A stretch of DNA of 24,000 nucleotides from Pseudomonadota bacterium. GTDB taxonomy: Bacteria; Pseudomonadota; Alphaproteobacteria; Geminicoccales; Geminicoccaceae. The position numbers were made by a program, and so were the translations under genes. The DNA is taken from NCBI GenBank assembly GCA_046732855.1, contig JBKPNX010000003.1, positions 28,322 through 52,321 of the forward strand, in the 5' to 3' direction. Positions 1 through 11,286 of the stretch are shown one piece after another. The notes below the pieces were generated by a model. The model saw only the letters and a list, made by a program, of their open reading frames with translations. It was not told the origin of the DNA and ran no database searches. The first letter of the stretch is position 1; every line of letters starts with the position of its first letter.

Positions 1-1212
1 CTGGCCCAGGCCCGCACGTCGGCCGATCAGATGGCGGCGGAAGCGCGCGCGAGGCAGACCGCCCTGCAGAAGCGGATCGACGAGCTGGAGGGCGGCGCCG
101 AGCAGACGAGCGCCGAGACAGCCCGCCTGCGCCAGCAGAAGGAGGCCAGCGAACAGCGCATCGCCGCGGCCGACAGCGCACGGACCGCGGCGGAAGCAAA
201 GCTGAGCGAGCTGCGCGACAGCCTGCAGCGGGCTGAACAGGAAAAGGCGGGTATCGGCGCCGAGCTGGCGAAGGTGCAAGCAGAGCTCGCGAATGCCAAG
301 CAGCAGGCGGAGCGGGCGCAGGCGGAGACGGGTCAACGGGTCGCCGCCCTGGAGGGCGAGCGCGACCAGTTGCGCACCCGGCTGGCGGACCTCACCGCGG
401 AGCTCCGACGGAGCGAGACGACCAAAGCGCAGCTCGAGGACGAGGTTGCCGAGTTGCGCGAAGCGGCGGGTGCGGCCACCGACGCCGCCCGCGAGAATTT
501 GATCGCGGTCGAGAACCGGATCCGGGAGCTGAACGAAGCATTGGGCGCGATCGGGCCGACGGGTGGTCCATTGGAGACCGACCCTGCGCTTCTGAAGGAG
601 TCCGCGGCATCGCCAGAACGTAAGCAGGCTGGCGGCGGCGCGCGCGCCACCGCGGGGGCCGTCGAGACGGTGCCTGCGGCGGCCACCCCGGACCAGACTC
701 CTTCCCCGGGCAGTGCCGATGCCGACCTGCAGCGGATCAAGACCGCGAGCGTGACCCATCCGGATAACGGAGAAGACGATCCTATGCTGGCCGGTCTGCC
801 GCTGGAGAAGCGGTTGCACGTGCAGGGCCTCCTCGCCGACCTGCACAGCGATCTGGACGAGCGGGGTCTGGTCACGACCGTGCCGGGCGAGCTCCTGTTC
901 TCAATGGACAGCGACGAAGTGCAGCCCGGAGCCTACGACACGCTCGCCAAGGTGGCGGAACTGATCGGCACGTATGATGACCACAAGGTGCTCATCATCG
1001 GTCATAGCGATGCGATGGGGGATGCGGCGTACAATCGGCAGCTGTCCGAACGCCGGGCCGAGCTGGTCAAGCAGTTCTTCATCGACAACTTCGAGCTGCC
1101 GCCCGACCACCTGGCCACCGAGGGCGTCGGCGAGGCGCACCCGATTGCCTCCAACGCGACGGCGCAAGGCCGGCGGGCCAATCGCCGCGTGGAGGTCTTG
1201 ATCCAGCACTGA
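1..1212 (+). CDS. OmpA/MotB-family peptidoglycan-associated protein with a long N-terminal coiled coil; 5' end truncated by the window edge
   Basis: Frame 1 is open from base 1, with no stop before the listed ATG at 31. The N-terminal two thirds is A/E/R/Q/L-rich and coiled-coil-like. The C-terminus (VLIIGHSDAMGDAAYNRQLSERRAELVKQFF...GRRANRRVEVLIQH) carries the OmpA_C signature (N-x2-LS-x2-RA ... NRRVE). Confidence 0.8.
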   Translation: MAQARTSADQMAAEARARQTALQKRIDELEGGAEQTSAETARLRQQKEASEQRIAAADSARTAAEAKLSELRDSLQRAEQEKAGIGAELAKVQAELANAKQQAERAQAETGQRVAALEGERDQLRTRLADLTAELRRSETTKAQLEDEVAELREAAGAATDAARENLIAVENRIRELNEALGAIGPTGGPLETDPALLKESAASPERKQAGGGARATAGAVETVPAAATPDQTPSPGSADADLQRIKTASVTHPDNGEDDPMLAGLPLEKRLHVQGLLADLHSDLDERGLVTTVPGELLFSMDSDEVQPGAYDTLAKVAELIGTYDDHKVLIIGHSDAMGDAAYNRQLSERRAELVKQFFIDNFELPPDHLATEGVGEAHPIASNATAQGRRANRRVEVLIQH

Positions 1213-1215
1213 GCT

Positions 1216-1250
1216 GGCGTCGCTCGATCCGAGCGGCGCCTGCCTATTTT
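1216..1250 (+). terminator. Putative rho-independent terminator of the OmpA-like gene
   Basis: It starts 4 nt after the stop codon. An 11-bp stem (ggcgtcgctcg / cgagcggcgcc, one G-U pair) encloses a 3-nt loop. It is followed by tgcctatttt, which includes a T-run. Confidence 0.5.
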
Positions 1251-1339
1251 GGGAGGAAACGCGAGCACGGCGTTCCCGCGCCGACTCGACCCTCTGATCT
1301 GCATCATTGGCCACGTTGCGCCTCGTTGTGACGAGGTGC

Positions 1340-1510
1340 GCGGCGCCAACTCTTTACCTTCGTGGCTAAGTTAACTATCTAATCTTGAGTTCGAACGAAA
1401 GTTGACTGGCTTTTATTCTAATTTGCTCAAATTTATCCATAAATAATCAAATAAACTTTCAACAGATGCTTGATAAGGCTCTGTATCTGCTCTATCCAAA
1501 AAGTCCCGAT
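1340..1510 (+). promoter_or_regulatory. AT-rich regulatory region upstream of rpfF, with a candidate sigma70-like promoter and clustered short palindromes
   Basis: This is a sharp AT-rich block in an otherwise GC-rich window. A candidate promoter is TTGATA (1470-1475), a 17-nt spacer, then TATCCA (1493-1498). Related palindromes are AGTTAACT (1369-1376), GTTCGAAC (1389-1396) and the near-copy AGTTGACT (1400-1407). The rpfF RBS GAGAGG lies 5 nt before the ATG at 1613. Confidence 0.35.
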
Positions 1511-1612
1511 GTTCGCTTTGGTAGTGCCGCAGCTCAGGCAACGCCGCGGCTACGCGACAGACCAAAGGATCGGCCAACCGACATCAACCCCAAACGTACT
1601 TGAGAGGCAATC

Positions 1613-2633
1613 ATGGCGATCTCCCAGGAGGCTCTCTCCCGCTCGGCCGGCGCGCTGACCCCGAACACCGCCTTGATGCAATACGGCAAGGTGGCGCGAC
1701 TGGACGATTTCGTCGGGCGGCGTAGTCCCGAATACCGCAATCGCGCCGACCCCGGCCCGTTTGACCCTTATCGTCTCAATGACGAGTTCGACCAGCTGAG
1801 CATCCGGTTCGAGCCGGACAACCACGCCCTGTGGTGCATGGTCAACCATCTCGAGCGCCCGTGCTTCACGTCGCGGCTGCTTGATCAGATCCGCACCCTG
1901 CAGACCCGCCTGCGGCAGGGCCTTGCGCAGGCATCCCTCCGCGAGGAGCTGCCGGTCCGCACCATCATCTGGGGCTCCACTTGCCCCGGCATCTGGAATT
2001 TGGGCGGTGATCTCGCCTTGTTCACGCGCCTGATACGCGCAGGCGCCGCAGCGGACCTGCGCAGCTACGCTTACGCCTGCGTCGATGCGGTGTACCAGAA
2101 CCTGACCAAGATGGGACTTCCTCTGTTGACGATCGGGCTGGTCCAGGGCGACGCCTTGGGCGGCGGCTTCGAGCACGCGCTCACCAATGACGTGCTCATT
2201 GCGGAGCGCAACTGCAGAATGGGCCTGCCCGAGATCCTGTTCAACCTGTTCCCCGGCATGGGGGCTTACAGCCTGCTGTGCCGCCGGCTCGACGGCGTGC
2301 GCGCCCAGAAGCTGATCCTGAGCGGCCGGTTGTACGATGCTGCCGAACTCGAGGAGTTGGGGCTCGTCGACCTGGTAGTGGGCGAGGGTGAGGGGCCGGC
2401 TGCGGTGCGCGAGTATCTCGAGCGCAATCGGCGGCGCCACGGCACCCTGCTGGCGCTCAGCCGGATCCGCCAACGTTGCCAGCCGGTCACTTACGAGGAG
2501 CTGATCGATGTCACCGACGTATGGGTGGAAACCGCCCTCGGTCTCGACGAAGCCGACCTGCGGCGGATGGAGCATCTGGTCCGGGCGCAGGAGCGGCGCC
2601 ACGCCCGCGCGCGGCCCGCGCCGGCGAGACACC

Positions 2634-2650
<17 letters not shown>
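1613..2650 (+). CDS. rpfF: DSF-family signal synthase, crotonase/enoyl-CoA hydratase superfamily (RpfF-like)
   Basis: Blocks WNLGGDLALFTRLIRAG, LVQGDALGGGFEHAL, GLPEILFNLFPGMGAYSLLCRRL and EHLVRAQERR closely parallel my memory of Xanthomonas RpfF (FNLGGDLALFCQLIREG, LVQGNALGGGFEAAL, GLPEVLFDLFPGMGAYSFMCQRI, DRLVRAQSRR). Both catalytic Glu positions (GGGFE, LPE) are present. It has an N-terminal extension of about 50 aa, and an alternative start at 1676 is possible. Confidence 0.85.
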
Positions 2651-5177
<2,527 letters not shown>

Positions 5178-5291
5178 CAGTGGGTGCCATCACGAACCGG
5201 CGCACATCCCTGCGGCGCAGGTCGACCGAGGCATATCACGGAGACGCGAGCGAGAACAGGGCAGCCCCGGCCGGGGGTGCCTGACTACCAG

Positions 5292-7445
5292 TCAGCCCAC
5301 GGCTGCTGCCGGGAGCCCCGGACTGGCGAACACCGCGTGGAACGCTTCCGCCGGCAGCGGCGGGCTGATCAAATCGCCCTGGGCCTCGTCGCATCCGAGC
5401 TCTTGCAGACGATGCAGTTGCTCGACGCTCTCGACCCCCTCCGCGGTCACCTTCAGCTCCAGACTGTGGCCGAGATCGATGACGGCCCGCACGATTGCCT
5501 CGTCCTGCCCGTCGAGCCCCAGCCGGTGGACGAAACTCTGGTCGATCTTGAGCCGTTGCACCGGCAGCCGCTTGACGTAAGCGAGCGACGAATAGCCGGT
5601 GCCGAAGTCATCGAGCGAGAAGCCGATGCCGACTTTGCGCAGCCGGCGCAGGCTCGCCATCGCGGCATCGCTGCTCTCGAGCATGACGCCCTCGGTCAGC
5701 TCGATTTCGAGGTAGCGCGGATCGAAGCCGGTCTCGGCGATGGTCCGCTCGATCAGCTGGACCACCCCGCCCTCGCGGAACTGCACCGGCGACAGATTGA
5801 CCGAGAGGCGCAGGCCGGTCATCCCGGCGCGCTGCCACATACGGTGCTGACGACACGCGCGTTCGAGCACCCGCTCGGTGAGCGGCCCGATCAGGCCGAT
5901 GTCCTCGGCCAGGCCGATGAACTCGGTCGGGCGCACCATCCCGCGACGCGGATGACGCCAGCGCAGCAGTGCCTCGACGGCAACGATGCACCCGGTGTGC
6001 AGATCGCGCTGAGGCTGATAGTGTACGGTAAACTGATCGGCTGCGAAGCCCTGGCGCAGCTCGCGCTCCAAAAGGCCGGTACGCCGCGCCACCAGGTTCA
6101 TCTGAGGCGCGAAGAAGCAGCTGCCGTTACGGCCGTTGGCCTTGGCGCGGTACATCGCAAGCTCGGCGTTCTTGAGCAACCGGTCCGCGTTTTGACCGTC
6201 CGAGGGGAACATGGTGATGCCGATGCTGGCGCTGGTGTGCACCTCCTCGCCGCGGGCGTCGAACGGCTGACCGAAACTGTCGATCATCCGGCGCGCCAGC
6301 GCGCGCGGATCGTCGGGGCCGCGCACGCCCGATTGCAGGATCGCGAATTCGTCGCCGCCGAGGCGCGCGATTGCGCCGGCGTCGTTGACGCAGCTCTGGA
6401 TTCTCGCGGCGACCGCCCGCAGCAGCAGATCGCCGCAAGTCAGGCCGAACGCGTCGTTGACCCCCTTGAACCGATCGAGATCGAGCAGGAGCACGGCGGC
6501 CTGCTCGTGGCCGCGCCGGGCGCACGTCAGGGCATGCTCGAGGAGATCCTTGAACAGGGCGCGATTGGGCAGGCCGGTCAGGGCATCGTGGCCCGCCTGA
6601 TGGCGGATCTGCGCCTCGGCCCGCTTGAGGTCGGTGACGTCGAGGGACACGGTGACGACCTCGACCACGCGCCCGGCCTCGTCGAACAGCGGCGACTTGG
6701 TGGTCAACAGCGTGTGTTCCTGGGTCGAGCCCGGCGTGATCACCTCGTGCTCGAAGCTCGGCACGGTCTCCCCGGTCTCGAACACCTTGGCATTGAGCAC
6801 CAGGTGCTGGGTCGCATAGTCGTCGCCATGGACCTGAGCAAGGGTCTTGCCGGTCGCCGCGCCGGGGTCGATACCGTAGAGCCTGCGGTGGGCGCTGTTG
6901 GTCAAGGTGATCCGCCCGCAGGCGGTCACCGCGCTGATCAGCGCGGGCACGGTATCGATCAGACGGCGCAGGCGGCAGTCGCTCGCGCGCAGCGCCGCCT
7001 CGTGCTGCTCCGTGCTCGACAGCAGCTCGTGGTGGAGGTCGCGCGCCCGCTGCTCGAGCAGCTTCTGCTGCTTGCGCAGGGTCAGCAGGTTGCGCGCTCG
7101 GGCTCGGAACTCGTGGTGGTCGACCGGGCTCAGCAAAAAGTCGGTCGCTCCCGCCTCGAGCGCCTGATAGCAATAGCTGCGCTCTTCATATACGGTCACC
7201 ACCACGACGGGCACCTCGGCGGCCCCCGGGATGGCCCGGAACGCCCGAGTGAAATCGGCGCCGTCCATACCCGGCATCTTGAAGTCGGTGATCACCAGGT
7301 CCGGCATGGTGCCGCGAGTCCAGTCCAGCGCCTCCTGCGGACTGGCGAATGCCTTGACCCTCACCCCCTCCTCGACCGAGGCGGCCAGCCGCGTCAACAC
7401 GTTGCGATTGGTGACGCGATCGTCGATTACGACTACGTTCGGCAT
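5292..7445 (-). CDS. Response regulator with c-di-GMP turnover output: REC-PAS-GGDEF-EAL
   Basis: - REC: MPNVVVIDD...DLVITDFKMPGMDG.
- A coiled-coil linker and a PAS region (LRRLIDTVPALISAV...).
- An intact GGDEF motif (RLGGDEFAIL).
- EAL-domain motifs EALLRW and DDFGTGYSSL.
- The start is set at ATG 7445 so that REC begins right after Met. The ORF track extends to 7535 (TTG/ATG), which would add 30 non-domain residues.
- It lies 114 nt upstream of rpfC on the same strand. Confidence 0.85.
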   Translation of the reverse strand: MPNVVVIDDRVTNRNVLTRLAASVEEGVRVKAFASPQEALDWTRGTMPDLVITDFKMPGMDGADFTRAFRAIPGAAEVPVVVVTVYEERSYCYQALEAGATDFLLSPVDHHEFRARARNLLTLRKQQKLLEQRARDLHHELLSSTEQHEAALRASDCRLRRLIDTVPALISAVTACGRITLTNSAHRRLYGIDPGAATGKTLAQVHGDDYATQHLVLNAKVFETGETVPSFEHEVITPGSTQEHTLLTTKSPLFDEAGRVVEVVTVSLDVTDLKRAEAQIRHQAGHDALTGLPNRALFKDLLEHALTCARRGHEQAAVLLLDLDRFKGVNDAFGLTCGDLLLRAVAARIQSCVNDAGAIARLGGDEFAILQSGVRGPDDPRALARRMIDSFGQPFDARGEEVHTSASIGITMFPSDGQNADRLLKNAELAMYRAKANGRNGSCFFAPQMNLVARRTGLLERELRQGFAADQFTVHYQPQRDLHTGCIVAVEALLRWRHPRRGMVRPTEFIGLAEDIGLIGPLTERVLERACRQHRMWQRAGMTGLRLSVNLSPVQFREGGVVQLIERTIAETGFDPRYLEIELTEGVMLESSDAAMASLRRLRKVGIGFSLDDFGTGYSSLAYVKRLPVQRLKIDQSFVHRLGLDGQDEAIVRAVIDLGHSLELKVTAEGVESVEQLHRLQELGCDEAQGDLISPPLPAEAFHAVFASPGLPAAAVG

Positions 7446-7990
7446 GAGGGCAATCTCGACGATCGTTTGAGCGACATCAAGTGGCTGCAGCGGCCGGTGT
7501 CCGGCATGCTTAACGAACAGTGTGGTTTCCATCAAGTAAAAGGTGGAATGTCAAGAAAGACATAGCTACCGAAAGTTATGCTCGCCTCGACAACCTCGCG
7601 GTGCTGGCGAGATGGCGGCTCCAGCATCGGTGCGGCGCGCGCTCTTGTCTTGTAGGCGCCGCGCTCGGCCACAGGCGCCGTTTCACGGCCGAGCTACAGT
7701 GCGGCATGTCGCGTCGAACCGCCTGACGCCCCGCAGCATCTGACCAGCAAGTGCCGACGAACCGACCGAAATCTGGCGATCGACGTCTCCGATATCAGCT
7801 CACGGTAGTATTGCCCCCGCTAGATCAAGCTTTGCGCTGCGGGTGCCCCAGCAACCTCGGCCGGGAGCAGACGGGTGCGACCCGTGCAGCACAGACGTGA
7901 GCGCGCTTCTCTTGTGAGGTCTGCCGTGTGGCGACCTACGGCGCCGGCGAGACGCCCCCGACGTGAAGTGGTGCGGTCGCGAATGTGGCT

Positions 7991-8018
7991 GGGGGGCCGC
8001 CCGCCACGGCGGCCCCCC
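7991..8018. other. Strong GC hairpin in a roughly 670-bp non-coding divergent intergenic region
   Basis: A perfect 11-bp stem (ggggggccgcc / ggcggcccccc) encloses a 6-nt loop (cgccac). There is no flanking T-run on either strand and no gene upstream of it on either strand. Confidence 0.5.
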
Positions 8019-8207
8019 GAGGGTCCCATCTCGTCAAGTGACGCTGGTCATGCCGTGGAGTCACGCGACGCACCGACCAACGCTACCGGCGAGTGTAGCG
8101 TTTCTGAAATGTTCGTCAAGTAGAATCTCGCCTAAGGGTTGATTTCTAGGACTGTTTGGCTTTCCAGGGCCGCTGAGCTACCAAGGCGGCGAGGAGGCAA
8201 ACCCGAA

Positions 8208-9329
8208 ATGCAAGCTCTCTTCCGCGCGGCGCACGGGCGCGGCTCCGATTGGAACGTCGCCTGCGCATGCTGCCTCGAGCAGCTGTCCGAAGTGCCCGCG
8301 GGCGCGAATCTCGGCTTCGTGTACGCGAGCGATCCGCTCGCCGAAGCGCTCGATCTGATCGTCGCCCGGCTGCGCTCGGCGACGGGCGTGAGCGACTGGG
8401 TTGGCACCGGCGGCGCCGCGGTCTGCGCCAGCGGCCGGGAGGAGTTTCAGGGCGGCGCCATGGTCGCGCTCGTGGCGGCGCTGCCGGCGAACAGCTTCCG
8501 GCTGTTCGATCGGGTTCACGACGGCGGCAGCGACCTGGATCCGGCCAGCGCTGCCTGGATGCGGGCCAACCCGGTCGGTTGCGCCGTGGTCCACGGCGAC
8601 CCGCGTCAGGCGGACGTCGCGGCGGAGATCGCCCGCCTGAGCGATGCGACCAGCGCGTTTCTGGTCGGCGGTCTGACCTCGGCGGAGGCCTCGCCGATGC
8701 AGATCGCCGGGCGCCCAGCCGAGGGCGGCATCTCGGGCGTGCTGTTCGGCGCGGACGTGCAGGTAGTGACCGGTTTGTCCCAGGGCTGCACACCGGTCGG
8801 CCCAGCGCACGAGGTGACCGCGAGCCAGGGTCCCTGGATTCTAGGCCTGGACGGCCGGCCCGCGATCGACGTGCTGAAGGAGGATATCGGCGAGGTGCTC
8901 GCCCGCAACCTGGAGCGGATCGCCGGCTTCATCCACGTCGCCCTGCCGATCGTCGGCGCTGACCGGCCCGACTACGTAGTGCGCAATCTGCTCGCGATCG
9001 ACCTGCGGCGCGGCATCATCGCAGTGGGCGACCAGCTCCGCTCCGGTACGCCGCTGATGTTCGTCAAACGCGATCCCGCGACTGCTCTCGCCGACCTCTC
9101 GCAGATGCTTGAGAATCTGCGCAGACGGACGGCCGGACGGCCGATCCGGGGGGCCCTGTATCACAGCTGCGTCGCCCGCGGGCCGCACATGTTTGGTCCG
9201 GATTCGACCGAGCTGAAAACGATCGAACGAGCGCTCGGCCCCGTGCCGCTGGCCGGGTTCTTCACCAACGGCGAGATCTTCCGCGACCGGCTGTACAGCT
9301 ACAGCGGCGTCTTGACCCTGTTCGTGTAG
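8208..9329 (+). CDS. FIST (FIST_N + FIST_C) sensor-domain protein, stand-alone
   Basis: The length and layout fit FIST proteins: GFVYAS near the N-terminus and a C-terminal GFFTNGEI motif typical of FIST_C. The start is set at ATG 8208, preceded by GAGGAGG. The track ORF starts at 8139 without an RBS. Confidence 0.7.
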   Translation: MQALFRAAHGRGSDWNVACACCLEQLSEVPAGANLGFVYASDPLAEALDLIVARLRSATGVSDWVGTGGAAVCASGREEFQGGAMVALVAALPANSFRLFDRVHDGGSDLDPASAAWMRANPVGCAVVHGDPRQADVAAEIARLSDATSAFLVGGLTSAEASPMQIAGRPAEGGISGVLFGADVQVVTGLSQGCTPVGPAHEVTASQGPWILGLDGRPAIDVLKEDIGEVLARNLERIAGFIHVALPIVGADRPDYVVRNLLAIDLRRGIIAVGDQLRSGTPLMFVKRDPATALADLSQMLENLRRRTAGRPIRGALYHSCVARGPHMFGPDSTELKTIERALGPVPLAGFFTNGEIFRDRLYSYSGVLTLFV

Positions 9330-9341
9330 CCCGGGCCCGCC

Positions 9342-9776
9342 ATGAGCCGCGAATATCCCACCCGGCCGATCATCGGGGTGGGCGTCGTGGTTTGGCACGG
9401 CGATCGGGTTCTCCTGGTCCGGCGCGGCAAGCCGCCGCGCGTGGGTCATTGGAGCCTGCCGGGCGGGGCGCAACAGCTGGGCGAGACGGTAGCCGAGGCG
9501 GCGCGTCGGGAGGTCTTCGAGGAGGTCGGTCTCGAGGTCGATCTCGGCGCCATCGTCGCCATGGTCGACCTGATCGAGCGCGATCCGGACGACCGGATTC
9601 GCTATCACTATACGCTGATTGATTTCGTCGCCGAGGCGCCGGGCGATGCGCTGCGGCCGGGCAGCGATGCCGCCGACGCCCGCTGGTTCAGCGTGGCCGA
9701 GATCGAGCTGCTCGGCCTGTGGACGGAGACGGTCCGGGTCATCAAGCTCGCAGGCGAGCGGCGGCCGTGTCGTTGA
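9342..9776 (+). CDS. NUDIX hydrolase
   Basis: A Nudix box is present: GGAQQLGETVAEAARREVFEEVGLEV (G-x5-E-x7-REuxEExGu). The size of 144 aa fits the family. Confidence 0.85.
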   Translation: MSREYPTRPIIGVGVVVWHGDRVLLVRRGKPPRVGHWSLPGGAQQLGETVAEAARREVFEEVGLEVDLGAIVAMVDLIERDPDDRIRYHYTLIDFVAEAPGDALRPGSDAADARWFSVAEIELLGLWTETVRVIKLAGERRPCR

Positions 9777-10511
9777 GGCCGGTCCATGCCAGCGCCTGGG
9801 ATCTGACCCTCGCCGGGGCGCGGGCGCTCCAAGAACCCCCGTCCGGTGCGGCCGAAGCGCGCGACCGTCTGGGCATGCCCGGTCTGATCGCCGGCATCGA
9901 CGTCGGGTTCGAGCACGAGGGGCGCGTAACCCGGGCCGCGCTCGCGGTCCTGAGCCTGGCGAACCTGCAAGTGTTCGAGTCCGCGCAGGCGCGTCGGCCG
10001 ATTGCATTTCCGTAGGTGCCGGGTCTGCTGTCGTTTCGCGAGATCCCGGCGGTGGTCGAAGCGCTGGCGGCGCTCGCCCGCACCCCGGACCGGCTGCTCG
10101 CCGACGGCCAGGGCCTCGCCCACCCCAGGCGTTCGGTCTCGCCTGCCACCTGGGCGGGCTGCTCGACACGCCGATTATCGGTGTCGCCAAGTCCCGCTGC
10201 TCGGCGAAGTCACACGCCGCCGGACCGGCGCTGCGTCTGGTCGCCGCTGCTCTACCGGGGCGATCTCGTCGGCGCTGCGGTACGCACGCGGCGCGGGGTC
10301 AAGCCGGTGTTCGTCTCCCGGGCCACTGCCTCGACGTGGCAAGCGCGGTGCGGCTGACGCTCGCCTGCACCGCCCGCTACCGCCTGCCCGAGCCGAACCG
10401 GTCGCCCACCAGTTCGCGTCGAACTGCCGAGGCAGCCGTAGCGCAATCGCGGCTCAGTGCCGAGCTTCGCTGTCGCTCAAGGCGCGCGCCAAGTGGCAGA
10501 TCGCCTCCTGA
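9767..10511 (+). pseudogene. nfi: Endonuclease V (nfi) pseudogene: one in-frame TAG plus several single-base frame changes
   Basis: EndoV motifs appear in order but scattered across three frames:
- IAGIDVGFE...TRAA, then IAFP-TAG-VPGLLSFREIP (TAG at 10013-10015 where the family has Tyr).
- DGQGLAHPRR (frame 2), then FGLACHLGGLLDTPIIGVAKS (frame 1, shift near 10130).
- LLGE (frame 3).
- HTPPDRRCVWSPLLYRGDLVGAAVRTRRGVKPVFVS (frame 2).
- PGHCLDVASAVRLTLACTARYRLPEP (frame 1).

The 3' end is uncertain. The GTG start at 9767 overlaps the Nudix stop. Confidence 0.75.
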
Positions 10512-10879
10512 TGTTTGCGACTCTTGATCGCGGCGAAGTTGCGGGCGAGTTCGAGCAGCATGCGCTGCTGCGGCATCAGCTCCTGCACCCGCGAGGCCGC
10601 GCCGTTGCCGGGGTCGACATCCTCGAAGAAGTAGCTGATGTCGACGCCGAGCGCGCGCGCGATCTGATAGAGGCGCCCGGCCGAGATCCGGTTGATCCCG
10701 GTCTCGTACTTATGCGCCTGCTGGTAGGTCACGCCGATCAGTTCGGCCATCTGCTGCTGGGTGAGGCCGAGCATGATCCGACGTTGGCGTATGCGCAGGC
10801 TGACGTAGCGGTCGACGTCCAGAGCACGGCTCCGACCGCCGACGCTACGGCTGGCCACTTTGCTGGCGAGTTGGTTCAT
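10454..10879 (-). CDS. XRE-family helix-turn-helix transcriptional regulator
   Basis: The HTH_3 core is IRQRRIMLGLTQQQMAELIGVTYQQAHKYETGINRISAGRLYQIARALGV. A C-terminal extension follows. Confidence 0.85.
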   Translation of the reverse strand: MNQLASKVASRSVGGRSRALDVDRYVSLRIRQRRIMLGLTQQQMAELIGVTYQQAHKYETGINRISAGRLYQIARALGVDISYFFEDVDPGNGAASRVQELMPQQRMLLELARNFAAIKSRKHQEAICHLARALSDSEARH

Positions 10880-10912
10880 CGTTCGTATGGCTCCACGGGA
10901 CGTCGTGACGGT

Positions 10913-10929
10913 TTCTCGCCGGGCGAGAA
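10913..10929. promoter_or_regulatory. Perfect 8+1+8 palindrome upstream of the XRE regulator gene (candidate operator)
   Basis: TTCTCGCC-g-GGCGAGAA lies 33 nt upstream of the regulator start codon at 10879, on the minus strand. Confidence 0.3.
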
Positions 10930-11169
10930 TTTCACTTCAGATGGGACTACGACGGGTAAAATAAGCGCACTCGAAACCGTTGCGCTAGCGAAAAATGCCG
11001 CCGATCGGCCGAGATTTCGGTCACCCCGCCAGGCCAATTGTACACCTCATCGCGTCAGTTCCAGGGCAACCGACTGAGTCATCGCCAAAACCGGTTTCGT
11101 CAAGCGGCACCGAGCCCACGTCAGCGCGTCTGTTCTCCTGCTCTCGACGCCACAACTGAAAGGGGAAAT

Positions 11170-11286
11170 ATGTCTTTTATCCACAGGCTGTTGACGAATG
11201 TTGGTAGCCCAAAACGCGAACTGGAACCGCTCGCTCTATCGGGACGCGAGCCTACCCCTCATGCGACCAAAGGCCGCATGCAGTAG
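11170..11286 (+). CDS. Candidate small ORF (38 aa), hypothetical
   Basis: ATG at 11170 is preceded by a strong SD-like AAAGGGGA 5 nt upstream. The ORF is divergent from the XRE regulator. Third-position GC is clearly lower than in neighbouring genes, so coding status is doubtful. Confidence 0.15.
   Translation: MSFIHRLLTNVGSPKRELEPLALSGREPTPHATKGRMQ

Noticed and set aside
1550-2632. A 360-aa ORF antisense to rpfF
   Set aside because: It is a shadow ORF of a high-GC gene. It has no recognisable domain and is Arg/Ala/Pro/Gln-rich, whereas the plus-strand frame has strong RpfF-like motifs.
7820-8123. ORFs of 69 aa and 82 aa in the long intergenic region
   Set aside because: Both are Arg/Pro/Gly-rich, have no RBS, and overlap each other on opposite strands. 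I treat the region as non-coding.
8841-10190. A 449-aa minus-strand ORF spanning FIST, Nudix and nfi
   Set aside because: It is antisense to three genes with clear motifs on the plus strand, and it has a low-complexity composition.
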